NCBI RefSeq assembly: GCF_964204645.1
Contig: NC_134030.1
Span: 13,758,656-13,822,655 of the forward strand
Direction: 5' to 3'
DNA: 64,000 bases
Source of the DNA: Tubulanus polymorphus
Lineage: Eukaryota > Animalia > Nemertea
Both the position numbers and the translations under genes were made by a program. Every line of letters begins with the position of its first letter. The stretch's first letter is position 1. This document shows, one piece after another, positions 60,381-64,000 of this stretch. Under the pieces are notes generated by a model that did no database searches, had not been told where the DNA came from, and was given only the letters and a program-made list of their open reading frames with translations.

Positions 60381-61610
60381 CCCTTAACTTGCCGTAGGCG
60401 ACTACAGTCAACACAGTAGGGAACTGCCGTAGGCGACTACAGTCCACAGTTCACCACCCTAGAAACAATTCAGAGTGTTTCGGCCGCATGACGCACGCAG
60501 CGCTTAGCACATGTTGAACTAAACATCATACCCTCGAGAAATACGAACCCGGAAGTATATGTCGTTTTTCAAGTTTTTTTTCAAAATTTGACGTTCTTTC
60601 CCTCGGTTTTTTTTAGAAATCTGAGAAATGGTAGCAAAAAGGATAAGCTTGGCTGTTGCCGTAAACTTGTATATGTTTCCGGAGGCTGCGTTTCAACTAA
60701 TGGTGGAAGAAATGAACAAATACACCGAACAGTTTTTTGATTCTGCTATCGATTTGCCACATAATTCTTGATTCAAAAATTATAAAGAGGTGGATATGAA
60801 TGAAATGAAAATTCTAGTGGCTATGCAAATAGCAAAGGGACTGTGTTACAAGGATGATGTGGTTGATTATTTCATGACTCATTGGCTGTACGAAACACCT
60901 GATTTTTCAATGTACATGTCAAGAAATCGTATGCAGCTGATAAGTTCTTTTGTGCATTTTTGTGATAACAGTAAGAGAATAACTAGAGGTAACCCTGGCC
61001 ATGACCCTTTATTCAAGGTTAGACGTTTGATTGATATATCTAAACCTACATATGCAAATCTATACACTCCATCTCGTAATTTGTTCGTTGACGAGAGTAT
61101 TGTGAAATTCAAGGGTCGCTTAGTGTTTCGTCAGTACCTACCACAGAAACCCTGTAAAGGGGGGATAAAAGTATGGGCCAAAAGTATGCGGCTCTGCTCA
61201 TGGCTACTGTCTTCATTGGAATGTTTATTGCGGTGCAGCCGAACAACCTGTTGATAATGATTTTGGCCAGGGTTACAATGTTGTGACTACTCGTGCAGAA
61301 CCTTATTATAATCTTGGACATTTATGTTGACAGATTTTTCAATTCACCAGATCTTGCTCTTACACTCTAAGATAATAACACAGGTCTCTGTGGTACTGTA
61401 CGAAATGATCGTACTGTGGTACTGTACGAAATGATCGTAAAAGTCTCCCAGTTGCTATGCGCACAACAACAATTTCTAAATATGATCCAGCTGAATTTTG
61501 GATGTCGGAGTGAGGGGATATCATGGCCTGCACTTGGCAGGATGTAAATAACTGTCAATATGTTATCTAGTATTCATTCTAATGGTTCCACTGAAAAGCA
61601 AATTAGAGAT
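60381..61610 (+). mobile_element. piggyBac element (PGBD4-like transposase pseudogene), cut by a HINE insertion
   Basis: ttaa|ccc terminus, repeated tgccgtaggcgactacagtc; MSRNRMQLI, HFCDN, DPLFKVR, VDESIVKFKGR..RQYLPQKP..GIKVW, YVDRFFNS, CGTVR and NMLSSIH; frameshifts. Confidence 0.88.
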
Positions 61611-62790
61611 AAACTAGGGGTCCAGCGACACCGTGCCCACTTGGGAAGTGGTTTCAAATGCTCAACAATCTAACAATTTCAATACATAATGCCTCCTAGT
61701 GACCATATACAAAAACCAATGACCTTGAAACCCACCACAATCATTGTACATGTCAGCAGCAATGATTTTGTAATTGATTGTGATAACAAATTATGCCTCG
61801 TTATCAATTTTGTATGGAAATACTAAGTTATTCTACTATTCAACGCCCCCTGGTGACCATATGCAAAACCCAACGACCTTAAAACTCACCACAATCGTAG
61901 AACATGTCATGAAACACAACTTTGCAATTGATCATGGTAACAAAATATGCCTAGGTACCAATCTAATAAGGAAATACTAAGCTATTCTACTATTCAACGC
62001 CCCCTGGTGACTATATGGAATAACTAATGTCCTTCAAAACTCACCACAATCATAGAAGATGTCATGAACTACAACTTTGCAATTGATCATGGTAACAAAA
62101 TATGCCTCGTTACCAATCTAATGAGGAAATACTAAGTTATTCTACCATTCAACGCCCCCTGGTGACCATATACAATAACTGATGTCCTTAAAACTCACCA
62201 AAATAATGGAAGATGTCATGAGCTACAACTTTGCAATTGATTGTGGTAACAAAATATGCATAGGTACAAATATAATATAGAAATAAAGTTATTGTATTAT
62301 TCAACGCCCCTGGTGGCCACACACAAAAACCAATGACCTTGAAACTCACCTAAATCATAGAACACGTTATGGGCTACAACTTTCCAATTGAATATAGTAA
62401 CACAATATGCTTAGGTATCAATTTAATGTGGAAAAACTTTTTCCCACCTACGAATGAGTACTGATGACACCTAGATGGCCGTCAATTGCGTCATAATTGG
62501 CTGAGCAAAAATACCTGTCTCAGGTATAAAAGGTACATCCCTTTCCAAAGAATACCCATCACAAATTGCAATGAGAAATGGGAAATCAGTAGGAAGCTAC
62601 AGGACCTAGAATTCTGGTGAAAATTGAAATTTTTGGGCACTAAAAAGGTCATAGGACGGCCATCTTGAGTCAGATCGACCCAATTTTTCTTATGCTGATG
62701 GGCCCTTGGTAGATTCAAATATAAACTAAAGATCAAGGCAATTGATCTAAGCGTCTTCAAAATTTCCCTCGAAAGCTTTGAAAATGTGTA
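61611..62790 (-). mobile_element. HINE family 1 copy with five 154-bp units
   Basis: Terminus aaactaggggtccag, subterminal repeat gcccacttggga (inverse of tcccaagtgggc at 5372), five units, body truncated at 62790. Confidence 0.8.
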
Positions 62791-64000
62791 AGGGTCCAGG
62801 GACACCATGCCCACTTGGGAAATGGTTTCAAATGCTCAACAATCTAATAATTTCAATATTCAACGTCCCCTGGTGACCATTTATAAAAAACCAATGACCT
62901 TAAAACTCACCACAATCATAGAACATGTCAGCAGCTATGATTTTGTAATTGATTGTGAAAACAAAATATGCCTCGTTACCAATTTAATATGGAAATACTA
63001 AGTCATTCTATTCAACGCCCCCTGGTGACCATATTCAAAACCCAATGACCTCGAAACTCACCACAATCATAGAACATGTCATGAACTACAACTTTGCAAT
63101 TGATCATGGTAACAAAATATGCCTAGGTACCAATATAATAAGGAAATACTAAGTCATTCTACTATTCAACGCCCCCTGGTGACCATATTCAAAACCCAAT
63201 GACCTTGAGACTCACCACAATCATAGAACATGTCATGAACTACAACTTTGCAATTGATCATGGTAACAAAATATGCCTAGGTACCAATATAATAAGGAAA
63301 TACTAAGTTATTCTACTATTCAACGCCCCCTGGTGACCATATAAAAAAACTTATGTCCTTAAAACTCGCAACAATCATAGATGATGTCATGAGCTACAAC
63401 TTTCCAATTGATTGTGGTTACAAAATATTCATAGGTACGAATATAATAAAGAAATGCTAAGATAGTGTATTATTCAACGCCCCCTGGTGGCCATATACGA
63501 AATCCAATTACCTTGAAACTCACCACAATCATAGAGCACGTTATGAGCTACAACTTTCTAATTGATTGTGGTATCAAAATACGCTTAGGTATCAATATAA
63601 TGTGGAAAAACTTTTTCCCACTTACGAATGAGTACTGGTTACACCAAGATGGCCGTCATAATTGGCTGATGAAAAATACCTGTCTCAGGTATAAAACATC
63701 CCTTTCCAAAGAACACCCATCACAAATTGTAATGAGAAATGGCAAACCAGTAGGAAGCTACAGGACTCGGAATTCGGGCCAAAATTAACATTTTTGGGCA
63801 CTAAAAAGGTCATAGGACGGCCATCTTGAGTCCGACCGACCCAATTTTTGTTACGTTGATGGGCCCTGGGGGGATTCACATATATCCGTAAGATCAAGGT
63901 AATTGATCAAAGCGTCTTCAAAATTTCCCTCAAAAAGTTCAAAAATGTGTAAAAAGTGCTGATTTTGGCGAACAACAATGGCTGCCAGTCGGCCATCTTG
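62791..64000 (-). mobile_element. HINE family 1 copy with five 154-bp units, tandem to the previous copy, running off the window
   Basis: Unit motif ttcaacg at ~62859, 63011, 63165, 63319 and 63473; body nearly identical to 1190-1510. Confidence 0.8.

Noticed and set aside
61680-63600. 154-bp arrays as a CRISPR-like repeat-spacer array
   Set aside because: The whole unit is repeated with no unique spacers, there are no cas genes, and the context is a eukaryotic mobile element.

Overview
AT-rich, repeat-dense eukaryotic DNA, most likely from an invertebrate animal; nothing prokaryotic and no CRISPR array. A single minus-strand host gene crosses almost the whole window. I traced 15 GT-AG exons by hand (57224 down to 2379; 1,553 coding nt, about 518 aa), and every intron phase matches. 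The gene start and stop were not found. The protein alternates charged helices with [WFY]G[KR]PGxGAP motifs like those of CSPP1, and includes 18-nt and 26-nt microexons. The introns and flank carry many mobile elements. There are three DIRS1-type tyrosine-recombinase retrotransposons: one structurally complete with ITRs and ICR, two near-identical copies sharing a deletion of the RT catalytic YxDD, and a diverged fragment. There is also a Mag-like Ty3/Gypsy element with 109-bp LTRs, a TATGG TSD and a templated-insertion scar in gag. Other elements are non-autonomous Helentron-like (HINE) elements with ordered 154-bp internal arrays, many MITEs (Tc1/pogo, Harbinger, piggyBac, hAT-, Sola- and IS3EU-like, several nested), a decayed piggyBac transposase, a Polinton/adintovirus-type PolB remnant, a LINE endonuclease fragment with a 2A-like motif, a tRNA-derived SINE and an inverted pair of degenerate Penelope-type hammerhead motifs. 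All family names come from motif recognition, not database searches.
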